DNA from: an uncultured Acidobacteriota bacterium
GTDB taxonomy: Bacteria > Acidobacteriota > Terriglobia > Acidiferrales > UBA7541
Assembly: GCA_963714785.1 (NCBI GenBank)
Contig: CAVQQE010000012.1
Span: 147,027 to 211,026, forward strand
DNA length: 64,000 nt
Reading direction: 5' to 3'
The translations under genes and the position numbers were made by a program. This document shows, piece by piece, positions 44,967 through 55,406 of the stretch (positions are counted from its first letter, which is position 1; each line of letters starts with the position of its first letter). Below the pieces are notes generated by a model that saw only the letters and a program-made list of their open reading frames with translations, was not told where the DNA came from and did not search any database.

Positions 44967-47450
44967 CTAGCGATTCTGCGTATTAGCGGCAGGCAGCAGA
45001 ATCAGCCGGTGTGCGCGCGCAGCTTCTTCGGCGCTTTCGCTGAAGGGAGCTGCGATTCCGCGACCTGCGAACCATTCAGGAAATTGGTCGCGATAGTGCG
45101 GGCTGGCGTACTGTCCGCTTTCCCCGGTGGGAATTTCCATCAGCGAGTTGTCAAAATTAGAAAGGTCGGTGACGAATCGCATGGCGGGACCATGTCCTAT
45201 GCCCATGGCACGGACGGTGTCGAGCGTGCCGCCTTGCTCGTAAGGCCCGATACTCAGGAGCCGGTGCAACGCTCCGGAACGGCCGAGCGGATGGGCCATG
45301 TCGAGAGGATGCAGGCGGCCCCAATCCCAACTAGCGGAAGCAGTTCTGCCAGTGTGCTTTTCGAGATCGGCGACGGCTTGGTCGGCACTCGCCGAGAGTA
45401 GATCGTCGTAACTGCTAAAACCGCTTGGGAGCCAATTTGCTGGGCGTTCGCGCAAAATGTTTTCCAGAAAAACTTTGTCGCGCCACCAGACGTCGTTGTA
45501 AACGCTCACCGGTTCCCAGAGCTCGTATTTCTTTGAGATTTCGTCATCGAGATAAGGAGCGAGCAAGTTATGGAACAAAGCGTGACGCGTGTATTCGACG
45601 AACGAGGTTTCGACCGAGCCGGCTGTCGCGTGCGCATCCCAAATGTTCAGGGCGGCAATTAATTTTTGCGTTCGCGGGTCCTTTGGCTGGGTCTTGCTAG
45701 CTGCGGCGATTAGCTGGCTGGCAAGAAATTTGTTTGGAAGGCTGAGAACGTCGTTTTGGATCGTGTTGCAATCCGCGGGGAGCAAACCAGTATGTCCTGA
45801 CAGCAATTCATGTATTCGCTCGGTGCGATAGGGGCCAGCTTGGCGATCGGTCAAAAAATATTTGTAGCGGGGGCCCACGGTATACGCGTTTGCGGTGGCG
45901 ATGATTCCGTCCGAAGGATTCAAGGCGCGCGGCAATTCTTCGAACGGAATATAGGCGGCCCATTCGAATTGGTCGGTATCGCCAGGAACAGGCAGCGCGC
46001 CATTGCCATTTGCGCGAATGGGAATGTGCCCGGGAATGGTGAACCCGATGTTGCCATCCACGTCAGCGTAAATCGTATTCTGCGCGGGACCGGCAATGCG
46101 TTGCGTGGCGGCCAAGAATTCATCCCAGTTCTGCGCTTGCCCGAGGAGCGGAAAACCGAAATCCAGGCCACCGGGTTCTAGCGCCGTCCAGCGAAGCGCA
46201 TAACGCACAGCGGAAGGAGAGTTCGAGTCTCGGTACACAATAGGGCCATGACGGGTGGAGACCACGGCAATCGCTCTATCGCGCTTGCCTCGCACATGAA
46301 TTATTTCTGAACGAATGCTGGCGGTAAGCCATTTTCCGTTGGCGCGGTACTGCGAAGAGTGAGCGGGATCGAAAGTTTCGGCGTAGAGGTCCTGCACATC
46401 AGCATTGCTATTGGTGAATCCCCAGGCGATGCGATCGTTATGCCCAATGATCACGAGCGGTGCGCCGGGCAGGGCGAAGCCTGCGACATTCCATCCCGGC
46501 GCGGTTAGATGGATGACGTACCATAGCGCCGGCACGCTGAGTTGAAGATGCGTGTCGTTTGCAAGAAGCGGTTTGCCCGAGGCTGTGTGGGCGCCGCTGA
46601 CCACAAAATTGTTGCTGCCGATGATCTGGGAAGATTCTTCTTCGAATTGCGCGAGGATTGCGCGGGCGGAATCCCATTCTTGCGTGATGAAAGGCGGGGC
46701 ATCGGGCGGAGCGAGACGTGGTGCTGTCAGGGACGCCTCTGAACGACGCAACACGAAGCCGCCAACGATGAAATGATCCTGTGGGGAAAGGCTGGCAAAC
46801 ATTTGCTGCGCGCGTTCGGGTCCTACTTTTTGAGCCACCCACTGGCGATCCAATTTTTCCTTCCACGTGGAGGTGAGCGTTTTGTACATGTAGAGACTGA
46901 TGAGGTAGGTGTCCGCCGGCGTCCAGGGACGCGGCTGATAACGCAGCAAAGCAAATTCCATGGGCAGGCGGGAACGATGCTGGTTGATGTACTGATTTAC
47001 GCCGCGCGCGTAAGAATCTAGAAGATTACGAATGTCGGGAGGAGAATTTGCGGCGGCGCGTTCGGCGGCTTGACGCATACCGAGCGTGCGATTTTCTTCG
47101 TCAAACGAAAGCGCGACTTCGCCGAAGATTTCCGCCAGGTCGCCAGCAGCTGCGCGGCGAAGCAAATCCATCTGCCACAGGCGATCCTGCGCCATCACGT
47201 AGCCTTGCGCGGTAACCAAATCGTGCACCGATTTCGCGCGGATCCATGGACGACCCCAATGGTCGCGATCGATCATGACTGCGTCTTTCAGGCCGGGGAC
47301 TTGGACGCTGCCATCGAGTGCGGGAAGCGAGTGGTGAATAATCCACCAGCCGACAATCAGCGCGACTCCGCCGAGCAGGAGGAGTCCCGCGACCAAGCGG
47401 CGGAAAATTCGGTAGGCACGCGTTATTTTATTCGTTTTTGTTGCTCTCAA
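44967..47450 (-). CDS. penicillin acylase family (Ntn hydrolase, S45) protein; possibly an acyl-homoserine-lactone/beta-lactam acylase
   Basis: 827 aa with a TTG start and an N-terminal membrane anchor/signal (LLLLGGVALIVGWWII). An S45-like GSNNFVVSG segment (candidate nucleophile Ser after autoprocessing) is present. Confidence 0.8.
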   Translation of the reverse strand: MRATKTNKITRAYRIFRRLVAGLLLLGGVALIVGWWIIHHSLPALDGSVQVPGLKDAVMIDRDHWGRPWIRAKSVHDLVTAQGYVMAQDRLWQMDLLRRAAAGDLAEIFGEVALSFDEENRTLGMRQAAERAAANSPPDIRNLLDSYARGVNQYINQHRSRLPMEFALLRYQPRPWTPADTYLISLYMYKTLTSTWKEKLDRQWVAQKVGPERAQQMFASLSPQDHFIVGGFVLRRSEASLTAPRLAPPDAPPFITQEWDSARAILAQFEEESSQIIGSNNFVVSGAHTASGKPLLANDTHLQLSVPALWYVIHLTAPGWNVAGFALPGAPLVIIGHNDRIAWGFTNSNADVQDLYAETFDPAHSSQYRANGKWLTASIRSEIIHVRGKRDRAIAVVSTRHGPIVYRDSNSPSAVRYALRWTALEPGGLDFGFPLLGQAQNWDEFLAATQRIAGPAQNTIYADVDGNIGFTIPGHIPIRANGNGALPVPGDTDQFEWAAYIPFEELPRALNPSDGIIATANAYTVGPRYKYFLTDRQAGPYRTERIHELLSGHTGLLPADCNTIQNDVLSLPNKFLASQLIAAASKTQPKDPRTQKLIAALNIWDAHATAGSVETSFVEYTRHALFHNLLAPYLDDEISKKYELWEPVSVYNDVWWRDKVFLENILRERPANWLPSGFSSYDDLLSASADQAVADLEKHTGRTASASWDWGRLHPLDMAHPLGRSGALHRLLSIGPYEQGGTLDTVRAMGIGHGPAMRFVTDLSNFDNSLMEIPTGESGQYASPHYRDQFPEWFAGRGIAAPFSESAEEAARAHRLILLPAANTQNR

Positions 47451-47724
47451 CTGGCGGCGGAGTTTAGCTCAGCGAACAAGAAGCACGCAACGGCCCTTTC
47501 GGGGTAGAGGAGTGAGGATTCGATTCACGATCGCTTTCAAGGAGTAAATTCTCTGCTTGTCAGAGTAGCGCATCGAGACTTGGAATTCTCCCGCTGCGAC
47601 GCTGGTATTGGTAAAATTCCTGGATGGCTGTGCCATCTCTCCCTCCATTATGTTGTGGCTACGCGAGTGTGCAGCTCTGCTCGGAACAAGTGTGGCTTCC
47701 GCGCTTACCGGAGGGCGCGCACAC

Positions 47725-49206
47725 ATGGTAGCTCTACACCTCTTCGCGGTACTCGCTCTAGTGGCGGTGAACGCATTTTTCGCTGCTGCGGAGTTCTCTC
47801 TTGTGGCGGTGCGTCTCTCGCGTGTGCGGCAACTGGTTGAAAAGGGGGACGCGCGGGCGAAAATTGTGGAGTCGCTTCTTGCCGATCTGAGCCGCGTGGT
47901 TTCCGGCGTTCAAGTGGGAATCACGCTCGCCAGTCTCTCGCTCGGCTATCTTGGGGAAATTACGCTGTCGGGAATTTTGAGTCCGCTGGTGCAGGCGATT
48001 CCGCGGCCGTGGGCGGGTGTGATTGCGCATGGAGTGGCGTTAGCAATCGCGTTCGCGTTGCTGACCGTGCTGCAAGTTGTTTTGGGCGAGCTGGTGCCGA
48101 AGAGTCTGAGCCTGGCGCGGGCGGAACGCGTTGCTTTGATTATTGCGCGACCGTTTCACTGGTTCTTGAACACGTTTCGTTGGGCCATCGATTTGCTTGA
48201 TGGCTTCGCTGAAAAAATTGTGGGCGCGCTCGGAATTGTTTCTCCGCATAGCCATACGCTGGTGCGGTCCACCGAGGAATTGCAAGTGATGATTCAGCAG
48301 GCGCAGGACCGCGGTTTGTTGCCCGCCCCGGAAGTGAAATTCATTCAAGCGGCCATGGGGTTGCATCAGGTGCAGGTGCGCGAGGTGATGGTGCCGCGTC
48401 CGGACGTGCATGCGCTTCCGGCTGATGCCAGCCTGGAAGACACGATGAAGATGTTTGCGACCACGCAGCGGTCGCGTATTCCTGTCTACGAAGGCACCCT
48501 CGATCATATTCTCGGCTTCGTACACATCAAAGATATGATTTGGGTCTTGTTAGAACGTGCGCGCCGCGCGCAAGAACAAATTTCAACGCCTGAATTCCAG
48601 TTACGAAACATGCTGCGAGATGTGTTGATCGTTCCGGAAACAAAACCGGTGAGTGAACTGTTGGTAGAGTTTCGTTCGCGGCGCACCGGGCTGGCGATGG
48701 TGGTGGACGAATTCGGAAGCATTCTCGGGCTTGCGACGCTGGAAGACATTCTGGAGCAAATGGTAGGCGAGATTCACGACGAGTTCGACGTGGTGGAGCA
48801 TCCATTGGTTTTGCCGGACGGCGGGATGATTTTTGACGCTGGAATTAACGTGCGCGAGCTGGAGACACAATACAACATTATTTTGCCGGATGATCCATCG
48901 TACGAAACGATAGGCGGATTCGTACTGAACCGGCTCGGATTTATTCCGCGAGGCGGCGAAAGTTTTGAAGCGGATGGGTATCGTTTCACAGTGATGGAGA
49001 TGGAACACCGCCGCGTCTCGCGGGTGAAAATCAAACCGCTTCGCGCGGCCGGCGTGATTGGGTCGTCCGCGACTGCAAGTGTGGCGCCTGCGGACGCTTT
49101 GCCACAACCGGCGGAGCAGAGAAATATGTTTGCGACGCCGGCGAAGACTGACACCGATCCGGCCGCCGAAAAGAAGGTTGTCGCGAAGGCGCGGCGCGCG
49201 AAATGA
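47725..49206 (+). CDS. CNNM/CorC-HlyC family protein (DUF21 - CBS pair - CorC_HlyC)
   Basis: Start at ATG 47725 (MVALHLFAVLALVAVNAFFAAAEFSLV, the typical DUF21 N-terminus). Includes a CBS pair and a C-terminal GYRFTVMEMEHRRVSRVKI transporter-associated domain. Confidence 0.85.
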   Translation: MVALHLFAVLALVAVNAFFAAAEFSLVAVRLSRVRQLVEKGDARAKIVESLLADLSRVVSGVQVGITLASLSLGYLGEITLSGILSPLVQAIPRPWAGVIAHGVALAIAFALLTVLQVVLGELVPKSLSLARAERVALIIARPFHWFLNTFRWAIDLLDGFAEKIVGALGIVSPHSHTLVRSTEELQVMIQQAQDRGLLPAPEVKFIQAAMGLHQVQVREVMVPRPDVHALPADASLEDTMKMFATTQRSRIPVYEGTLDHILGFVHIKDMIWVLLERARRAQEQISTPEFQLRNMLRDVLIVPETKPVSELLVEFRSRRTGLAMVVDEFGSILGLATLEDILEQMVGEIHDEFDVVEHPLVLPDGGMIFDAGINVRELETQYNIILPDDPSYETIGGFVLNRLGFIPRGGESFEADGYRFTVMEMEHRRVSRVKIKPLRAAGVIGSSATASVAPADALPQPAEQRNMFATPAKTDTDPAAEKKVVAKARRAK

Positions 49207-50123
49207 TCCGTTATATTTCCTACCGCCTTCTACTTGGTTTGCCTGCGCTCTGGCTAATTGTGACGATGGTTTTTATGCTTGCGCATATTGTGCCGGGAGA
49301 CCCGGTGGCACAAATGTTGGGGGAAGGCGCGCGAGCGGACGATTTGCAGCGGCTCCGCCATACATTGGGATTGGACCTGCCAATTCCGGTGCAATACGGG
49401 CGTTATCTCGCGGGAATTGTCCGCGGCAATCTTGGGGAATCATTTCGTTTTCAGCAGCCGGTGCTGCAAGTTGTGATTGCGCATTATCCGGCAACCTTGG
49501 AGTTGGCTTTTGTTGCTTTGCTCGTTTGCGCCGGCATTGGGATACCGGCGGGATTGATGGCTGCGCAGAAACGGGGGACGTCGACGGACCACGCGATTGG
49601 CGTTTTAACTTTATTTGGTCTTTCGGTGCCCAATTTTGCGCTGGGGCCGGTGTTGATTCTTATTTTCTCCGTGATTCTCGGCTGGCTTCCGGTTTCAGGA
49701 CGCGGCGGACCTCCGCATTTGATTCTGCCGGCGGTCACCCTGGGGGCGGCGCTTGCCGCTATACTGACGCGCATGGTGCGCAGTTCGGTGATTGAAGAAC
49801 TTTCCAGCGATTACGTGCGTACAGCGCGCGCGAAAGGACTTTCCGAATCTGCCGTTCTGTTTCGCCACGCATTTCGCAACGCGCTAATTCCGATTATTAC
49901 GATTCTCGGATTGCAATTCGGCACGCTGCTCGCGGGGACCATTGTCACGGAATCAATTTTTTCGTGGCCTGGAATTGGAAGGCTCGCGGTTCAAGCGATC
50001 GGTGCGCGTGACTATCCGTTACTGCAGGGCTGCATTCTGATGATTGCAGTGTCTTACGTAGTTGTGAATCTGCTGACCGACTTGGTTTATGCGTTTGTAG
50101 ATCCACGGGTGCGCTTCGAATGA
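49203..50123 (+). CDS. ABC transporter permease (peptide/nickel type, DppB/OppB-like)
   Basis: MIRYISYRLLLGLPALWLIVTMVF..PGDP N-terminus and an EAA-like loop (SDYVRTARAKGLSE). Its ATGA overlaps the upstream stop. Confidence 0.85.
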   Translation: MIRYISYRLLLGLPALWLIVTMVFMLAHIVPGDPVAQMLGEGARADDLQRLRHTLGLDLPIPVQYGRYLAGIVRGNLGESFRFQQPVLQVVIAHYPATLELAFVALLVCAGIGIPAGLMAAQKRGTSTDHAIGVLTLFGLSVPNFALGPVLILIFSVILGWLPVSGRGGPPHLILPAVTLGAALAAILTRMVRSSVIEELSSDYVRTARAKGLSESAVLFRHAFRNALIPIITILGLQFGTLLAGTIVTESIFSWPGIGRLAVQAIGARDYPLLQGCILMIAVSYVVVNLLTDLVYAFVDPRVRFE

Positions 50124-50980
50124 AGGGCCTGCGCGAGTTTCTTCGTCAAAGCGGCCCTGGACGAGTCGGGCTAGCGCTGACTTTGTTTCTTGTTGTTATC
50201 GCGCTTGCGGCGCCATGGATCGCGCCCGCCGATCCCACGGCGCAAAATCTTCCGGCGCGCTTGATGGCTCCCAGCGCGGCGCATTGCATGGGGACAGATG
50301 AACTTGGGCGCGACATTCTTTCGCGGATTATTTATGGCGCGCGCGTTTCGATGATCGTGAGCGTGAGTGTAGTGCTTGGAGCGGGAATTGTGGGACTCGC
50401 AATCGGTGCGCTGGCAGGCTATTTCGGTGGCTGGTTCGACCGTTTTGTAAACATCGTAATGATCAACGCCTTTCTCTCATTCCCTGGTATTTTACTAGCT
50501 ATTGCATTCGCTGCGTTTCTGGGCCCGGGGCTGGGAAAAGTGATTCTGGCGCTGGTGATCACCGGATGGGCGGGATACGCGCGGCTGGCTCGCGCACAAA
50601 TTCTGCAGGCGAAGGAAATGGAGTACGTGCTGGCGGCGCGCTCTGTGGGAGCTTCCGACATACGCATTCTCGTGCGTCATCTGCTGCCCAATATTTTGCA
50701 GCCGATTCTAGTGCAAGCGACCATAGCGATGGCTGGAGCGATACTTGCCGAATCCACTTTGAGCTTTCTGGGTGTGGGAGTTTTAGCGCCCATGCCAAGT
50801 TGGGGCGCAATGTTGAACGACGCGCGTGGTCATTTGTTCGACGCGCCACATCTGGTAATTTTTCCTGCGCTGGCGGTAATGACTGCCGTGCTGGCGTTCA
50901 ATCTTCTGGGCGACGCGCTTCGAGATTGGATGGATCCGCGGATGCGCGCGTATCTGGTGGTTACGACACTGGCTCGCTAG
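50120..50980 (+). CDS. ABC transporter permease (DppC/OppC-like)
   Basis: GTDELGRDILSRIIYGAR and YVLAARSVGASD motifs. ATGA overlap with the preceding permease gene. Confidence 0.85.
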   Translation: MKGLREFLRQSGPGRVGLALTLFLVVIALAAPWIAPADPTAQNLPARLMAPSAAHCMGTDELGRDILSRIIYGARVSMIVSVSVVLGAGIVGLAIGALAGYFGGWFDRFVNIVMINAFLSFPGILLAIAFAAFLGPGLGKVILALVITGWAGYARLARAQILQAKEMEYVLAARSVGASDIRILVRHLLPNILQPILVQATIAMAGAILAESTLSFLGVGVLAPMPSWGAMLNDARGHLFDAPHLVIFPALAVMTAVLAFNLLGDALRDWMDPRMRAYLVVTTLAR

Positions 50981-51012
50981 ATTTGACGCCAGAAGCCGCG
51001 CGGGTTTCCTAC

Positions 51013-51807
51013 TTAAGCTAATTCGACAGTGACTTCAGCACCACGCCCTGCGCCAATTGTCCTGGCCGCGTTACCTTTATTGACGCAAATCTCGATGTAA
51101 CCGCTTGATCCTATAATTGCAAAGGGTTCGGTGCCGGTCCCTTGCGCGAATGTTGGAACCATCTTCGTTACTGCGGCGTTTCCGACGCGAATCGTAAATT
51201 TGGCAGGGGGGGCAACTAACGCGGGAACATCTTCCGGAGTTAAATTCGTAATAAGGTTGCCGAAATTATCTGCGCGGAGGACGATTCCTTTTACTGTGTT
51301 ACCAGAAACTTTGGGCTTAGGAATCGCAAAACGAACGAAGTCGGTGACCTCTTCGCCAAAGCTCGCCGTCTGCCACGATTTCGAAAGCCAGCCGGCCACC
51401 GGCGCGAAAATGTCGCGGCCGTGAAAAGTGTTGCTAACCGGCTGCCTGAAATAATGTTCCGACGTGATGTTCCATACGTAGAGCGATTCCGATTTGTCAT
51501 AGATTGCGGAGAGCACTCCGTTGTCAGGCGCCACGAAATAGTGTGTGTCGCCGGCAACCAGGATGGGCCTTCGCGCGGTGCCTACCCCGGGATCGACCAC
51601 CACCAGGTGAATCGTCTTGGCGGGGAAATATTTATAGGCTTGGCTGATGGTCAGCGCGCCATCGAGAACGTCATGCGCCAGGACGCTATGCGTAATGTCA
51701 ACGATATTCACGTCCGGATTGATATTGAGAATGACGCCTTTGAGGACTCCGACTAAATGATCGTTGGTGCCGTAGTCTGTGGTTAATGTGATGATGGGCC
51801 GCGCCAA
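51013..51807 (-). CDS. SAM hydrolase / SAM hydroxide adenosyltransferase (DUF62) family protein
   Basis: N-terminus [22 protein letters not shown] and overall length are typical of DUF62. Confidence 0.8.
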   Translation of the reverse strand: MARPIITLTTDYGTNDHLVGVLKGVILNINPDVNIVDITHSVLAHDVLDGALTISQAYKYFPAKTIHLVVVDPGVGTARRPILVAGDTHYFVAPDNGVLSAIYDKSESLYVWNITSEHYFRQPVSNTFHGRDIFAPVAGWLSKSWQTASFGEEVTDFVRFAIPKPKVSGNTVKGIVLRADNFGNLITNLTPEDVPALVAPPAKFTIRVGNAAVTKMVPTFAQGTGTEPFAIIGSSGYIEICVNKGNAARTIGAGRGAEVTVELA

Positions 51808-52028
51808 AGTTTGCTCCCGTGATTTCCGCGCTGTGGCTGATGCATGCGCTTCTTCTCGACGCTAACGCCCACTTACAGGCGTGTCAAGACAGCGTGCGCC
51901 ATTCAGTAACGTGGGTGCATCACATCTCCGAGAGATGCGCGACGGAGCAATACTTTGGTGACGAAGAAAAAGTGAGATAGACTGTCGACGTTTTTTAGAC
52001 ACAAGAAGAATTCTTTTTGGAGGCCGAA

Positions 52029-53684
52029 GTGCGTCCCTTAATTGTGGCAATCTTATTTTCGTTCTCTTGGGCTAACGCGGTAGTTGCGCAATCCAACGCG
52101 ACTCAAAATCAGGCGCCTCCCGCCAAGAAGTCGGAGCAGCAAGCGGCCAAGACTCCCGAGAACAAGCCGCCGGAAAACGCCGCGAAGAATCCCGAGGCGG
52201 CCGCGGCGCCTGAACAAAAAACTTCCAAAGAGGGTGGGGATAAGGACAAAGACAACGAAGAGCACTTCGACATGGCCGAAGTGCCGCCGGTCGTGACCCA
52301 CCACCAGATCACAGTTGACGGCAAACTGCTGAAATACACAGCAGCGGCAGGGCGGCTTCCAATCAAACGCGCTGATGGCAAGATCGAAGCGGAGATGTTT
52401 TTTGTCGCTTACACACTGGATGGCCAGGATGCGGCCAAGCGTCCGCTGACCTTCGCATTTAATGGCGGCCCAGGTTCGGCTTCCATATGGTTGCACATGG
52501 GAGCGCTGGGGCCGCGCAAAGTGGTGTTACAACCGGAAGGTTTTCTGCCTCCGGCGCCGTACCGTATGGAAGACAATCCGTACACTTTGCTCGATAAAAC
52601 CGATCTGGTCCTGATTGACGCCATCGGCACAGGATTCAGCCGCGCCGCCGACTCTGAAACATTCAAGAAATTTTGGGGAGTTAAAGGTGACATCGAATCC
52701 TTCAGTGAATTCATTCGCCTTTACATCACGCGTAACGAGCGCTGGAGTTCGCCGCTGTTCTTGCTGGGTGAAAGCTACGGCACCACGCGGTCGGCGGGAG
52801 TGGCGGGTTACCTCGCGGATCGAGGAATATCTTTTAACGGGATCACGCTGCTTTCAATGGTTCTGAATTTCGAGACACTGGAAGACAACAAGACGAATGA
52901 CGAACCGTTCATTTTTCTGGTGCCGTCTTTCACCATGATCGCCGGATACCACCACAAGCTTGCGCCCGATCTCGCGCAAGATATGGCCAAAGCGCGGGCA
53001 GAATCTGAGAAGTGGTCTTACGAAGAATATGCTCCGGCGCTGGCGAAGGGCGACGCACTCACGCCAGAAGAGCGGCAAAAAGTGATCGAGCAATTGTCGC
53101 GCTTCACCGGGATCAACAAGGAAATAGTCGACGAAGCGAATCTGCGCATCGACGTGGCGAAGTTCACGCATTATTTGCTTATCGATCAGAAGTTGCGTGT
53201 GGGACGCTTGGACGGGCGTTTCACTGGTCCTGATCCCAACGGGCTCCTGGACACGCAGTTTTACGACCCAACTGGCTCGGCGACGGAGCCGCCATTCACT
53301 TCAGTCTTCAATAATTACGTGCGTTCGGAGTTAGGGTACAAGACCGATATGCCGTACTACATCTTTGCTGCCAGTGCGGGGTTCGACAAGTGGGACTGGG
53401 GATCGGCGATTCGAGGTTTCCCCGACACGGCTTCGGCCTTGCGGGAAGCGATCGTGAAGAATCCTTACTTAAAAGTTCTGGTGATGGAGGGCTATTACGA
53501 TTTGGCCACTCCGTATTTTGCGGCGAATTACACCATCGATCATTTGGATTTGCCGCAGAAATACCGCAATAACGTTTCTTACGCTACCTACGAAGCCGGG
53601 CACATGATCTATCTGGGGATGGATGGTTTGAAGAAGATGAAAAGCGACCAAGTGAGTTTTATGGAGAAATCTTTACCTCAATAG
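52029..53684 (+). CDS. secreted S10-family serine carboxypeptidase-like protein with Lys/Pro/Glu/Ala-rich N-terminal region
   Basis: Start reset to GTG 52029 (GGAGG 5 nt upstream), giving the signal peptide (M)[20 protein letters not shown]. Includes [17 protein letters not shown] and the nucleophile motif GESYG. Confidence 0.75.
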   Translation: MRPLIVAILFSFSWANAVVAQSNATQNQAPPAKKSEQQAAKTPENKPPENAAKNPEAAAAPEQKTSKEGGDKDKDNEEHFDMAEVPPVVTHHQITVDGKLLKYTAAAGRLPIKRADGKIEAEMFFVAYTLDGQDAAKRPLTFAFNGGPGSASIWLHMGALGPRKVVLQPEGFLPPAPYRMEDNPYTLLDKTDLVLIDAIGTGFSRAADSETFKKFWGVKGDIESFSEFIRLYITRNERWSSPLFLLGESYGTTRSAGVAGYLADRGISFNGITLLSMVLNFETLEDNKTNDEPFIFLVPSFTMIAGYHHKLAPDLAQDMAKARAESEKWSYEEYAPALAKGDALTPEERQKVIEQLSRFTGINKEIVDEANLRIDVAKFTHYLLIDQKLRVGRLDGRFTGPDPNGLLDTQFYDPTGSATEPPFTSVFNNYVRSELGYKTDMPYYIFAASAGFDKWDWGSAIRGFPDTASALREAIVKNPYLKVLVMEGYYDLATPYFAANYTIDHLDLPQKYRNNVSYATYEAGHMIYLGMDGLKKMKSDQVSFMEKSLPQ

Positions 53685-53731
53685 CGTTTTCTTTGCGGCG
53701 CAAAAGATCTCGCAGCAGGACTCGGTTGAAC

Positions 53732-54658
53732 CTATTCCTGGACCAAGCTGATTTCGCCTACGCCGCCTTGCACGTTCACCTGAATGGTTGGGTGGGTCTT
53801 GCCGTACGCGTCGTTCACGTATGCGTCGCCTTCGCGGCGCATACCGTGGGCATTGACGCTACCGATGCCGCCGGAAGCGTCCACGTGGACTCCAACATTT
53901 TTTGGCAGCTTGATTCGTGCGGAGCCGACTCCGCCCTGAATATCCACTAATAGATCCTCTTTTCGGTCGCCGGTGAGATCCAGATTCATTTGACCAACGC
54001 CGATGTTGATTTCAAGGCGGGTGATATTCACGCCGTTCAGATTTAGATCGCTCTGGCCGGCTCCTAACTCGAGCTTCAGGTCCAGAGGAATTGCGTTGCC
54101 GAAGCGAAGCGTCCAATCATTGCGCCTGCCGCCGAAATGAATGTGTTTTTCTTCTTGAGTTATGTCGAGCTGGCCCCTATCGCCACTCACGGTATAGGAC
54201 GCGCGGGGTTTTCCCTCCGCAGTTCGATAATTGAAGTCGGCATCGAGCAGGCGGCTGGAACCTCCGGTCAACAACAGTTTCCCGGCGGGCATCTCGATAT
54301 CGGCATTGACGGATTTTGCGCCTTGCAACTCGAGGGCTTGCGTATCGTGAACGCTGGCTGCGGATCCACCTTTTCCGACCAGGACGGCAAACCCAATGAT
54401 GGCCAGGAAAACCAGTAGCGCCACTACGGTCCCCGAAGATCCTGCGTCTCGCGTACCGGGACTCTGGCGCACTCGATAGGCGTCCCACATTTTCCCGAGG
54501 CCAAGTAATATGAGCACAACCGGCCAGTATCGAAAGAGCGCGGACCACGGGTCGAAATTCGGCATCAAGTTGATTAAGAGAAAGAAAACTCCGAGGCCGA
54601 TCAGGAACAGCGCCCCGGTGATTGAGCCTAAGTGCCTGGGTCTATCGCTTTGGTCCAT
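53732..54658 (-). CDS. LiaF-like membrane protein with C-terminal toastrack (DUF2154/DUF4097-like) domain
   Basis: Start reset to ATG 54658 (AGAGAGG upstream). It has four TM segments, then repetitive beta-helix-like segments (LELGAGQSDLNLNG, INIGVGQMNLDLTG, VDIQGGVGSARIKL, VDASGGIGSVN). Confidence 0.7.
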   Translation of the reverse strand: MDQSDRPRHLGSITGALFLIGLGVFFLLINLMPNFDPWSALFRYWPVVLILLGLGKMWDAYRVRQSPGTRDAGSSGTVVALLVFLAIIGFAVLVGKGGSAASVHDTQALELQGAKSVNADIEMPAGKLLLTGGSSRLLDADFNYRTAEGKPRASYTVSGDRGQLDITQEEKHIHFGGRRNDWTLRFGNAIPLDLKLELGAGQSDLNLNGVNITRLEINIGVGQMNLDLTGDRKEDLLVDIQGGVGSARIKLPKNVGVHVDASGGIGSVNAHGMRREGDAYVNDAYGKTHPTIQVNVQGGVGEISLVQE

Positions 54659-54819
54659 CGCGCACCTCTCTTGTCTAATATTACGCGTGCACGCGGGAAA
54701 TGTTTCAAAAGCGGTATAGGATAAGCCGCTCATGACGCCGTGAGCGTCAAACAAGTGGTTGGAGGCTCTTCTTGCCCGTGGGGACCCATGGCAGTCAACG
54801 CGTTTTTCCAGGAGGCGGT

Positions 54820-55317
54820 ATGCCGGCCCAGGATAGCTCCGATGTCATGAAGCTCGATAAGCAGGGCGTGATTCACGTAATGCGCGTCACGATTGGCGCA
54901 CTCATCTCGCTGTTGATCGCGCAACTGTTCAAGCTGCCTGAGTCCTATTGGGCCGCTATCACCACACTAGTAGTTACGCAATCCACATTCGGAGCCTCTT
55001 TCAAAATTTCGTGGCATCGCTTTGTCGGTACGGCGATCGGGGCTGCGGCTGGAGCATTGTTAGCTACCTACTTTGGGGAGAACGTATTCATTTTCGCGGC
55101 TGGCGCATTTACCTTGGGAATTCTGTGTTCCGCGTTGAACCTTGATAGAGCCGCTTATCGTTTTTCCGGAATCACGCTAGCGATTACCATGTTGGTCGCT
55201 CATCCCAAGGCAGCCTGGATAATTTCCTTGCATCGTTTCATTGAAGTTTCATTAGGCATTGCGGTGGCCTTGGCATTGACTGCTGTGTGGCCCGAAAACC
55301 CGGCGAAATCGGAATAG
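54820..55317 (+). CDS. FUSC/aromatic-acid-exporter-like small membrane protein
   Basis: ATG 54820 with GGAGG upstream. Includes RVTIGALISLLIAQLFKLPESYWAAITTLVV.Q and further TM segments. Confidence 0.6.
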   Translation: MPAQDSSDVMKLDKQGVIHVMRVTIGALISLLIAQLFKLPESYWAAITTLVVTQSTFGASFKISWHRFVGTAIGAAAGALLATYFGENVFIFAAGAFTLGILCSALNLDRAAYRFSGITLAITMLVAHPKAAWIISLHRFIEVSLGIAVALALTAVWPENPAKSE

Positions 55318-55406
55318 CCGTCCTGCTCGGTGCCGATGAATCTGCCCGTTATTTCCTTTGTGGGACTTCGTGTGGTCGAGGCAGTTTGCTACCATTAGCG
55401 TAAGTA

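Noticed and set aside
47461-47545. tRNA-like motifs: ttTAGCTCAGc (D-loop-like) and gtgagGATTCGAttcac (T-arm-like).
   Set aside because: There is no matching D-stem 3' half and no canonical TTCGAAT register. No acceptor or anticodon stems can be drawn. This is a chance resemblance in the acylase/CNNM divergent region.
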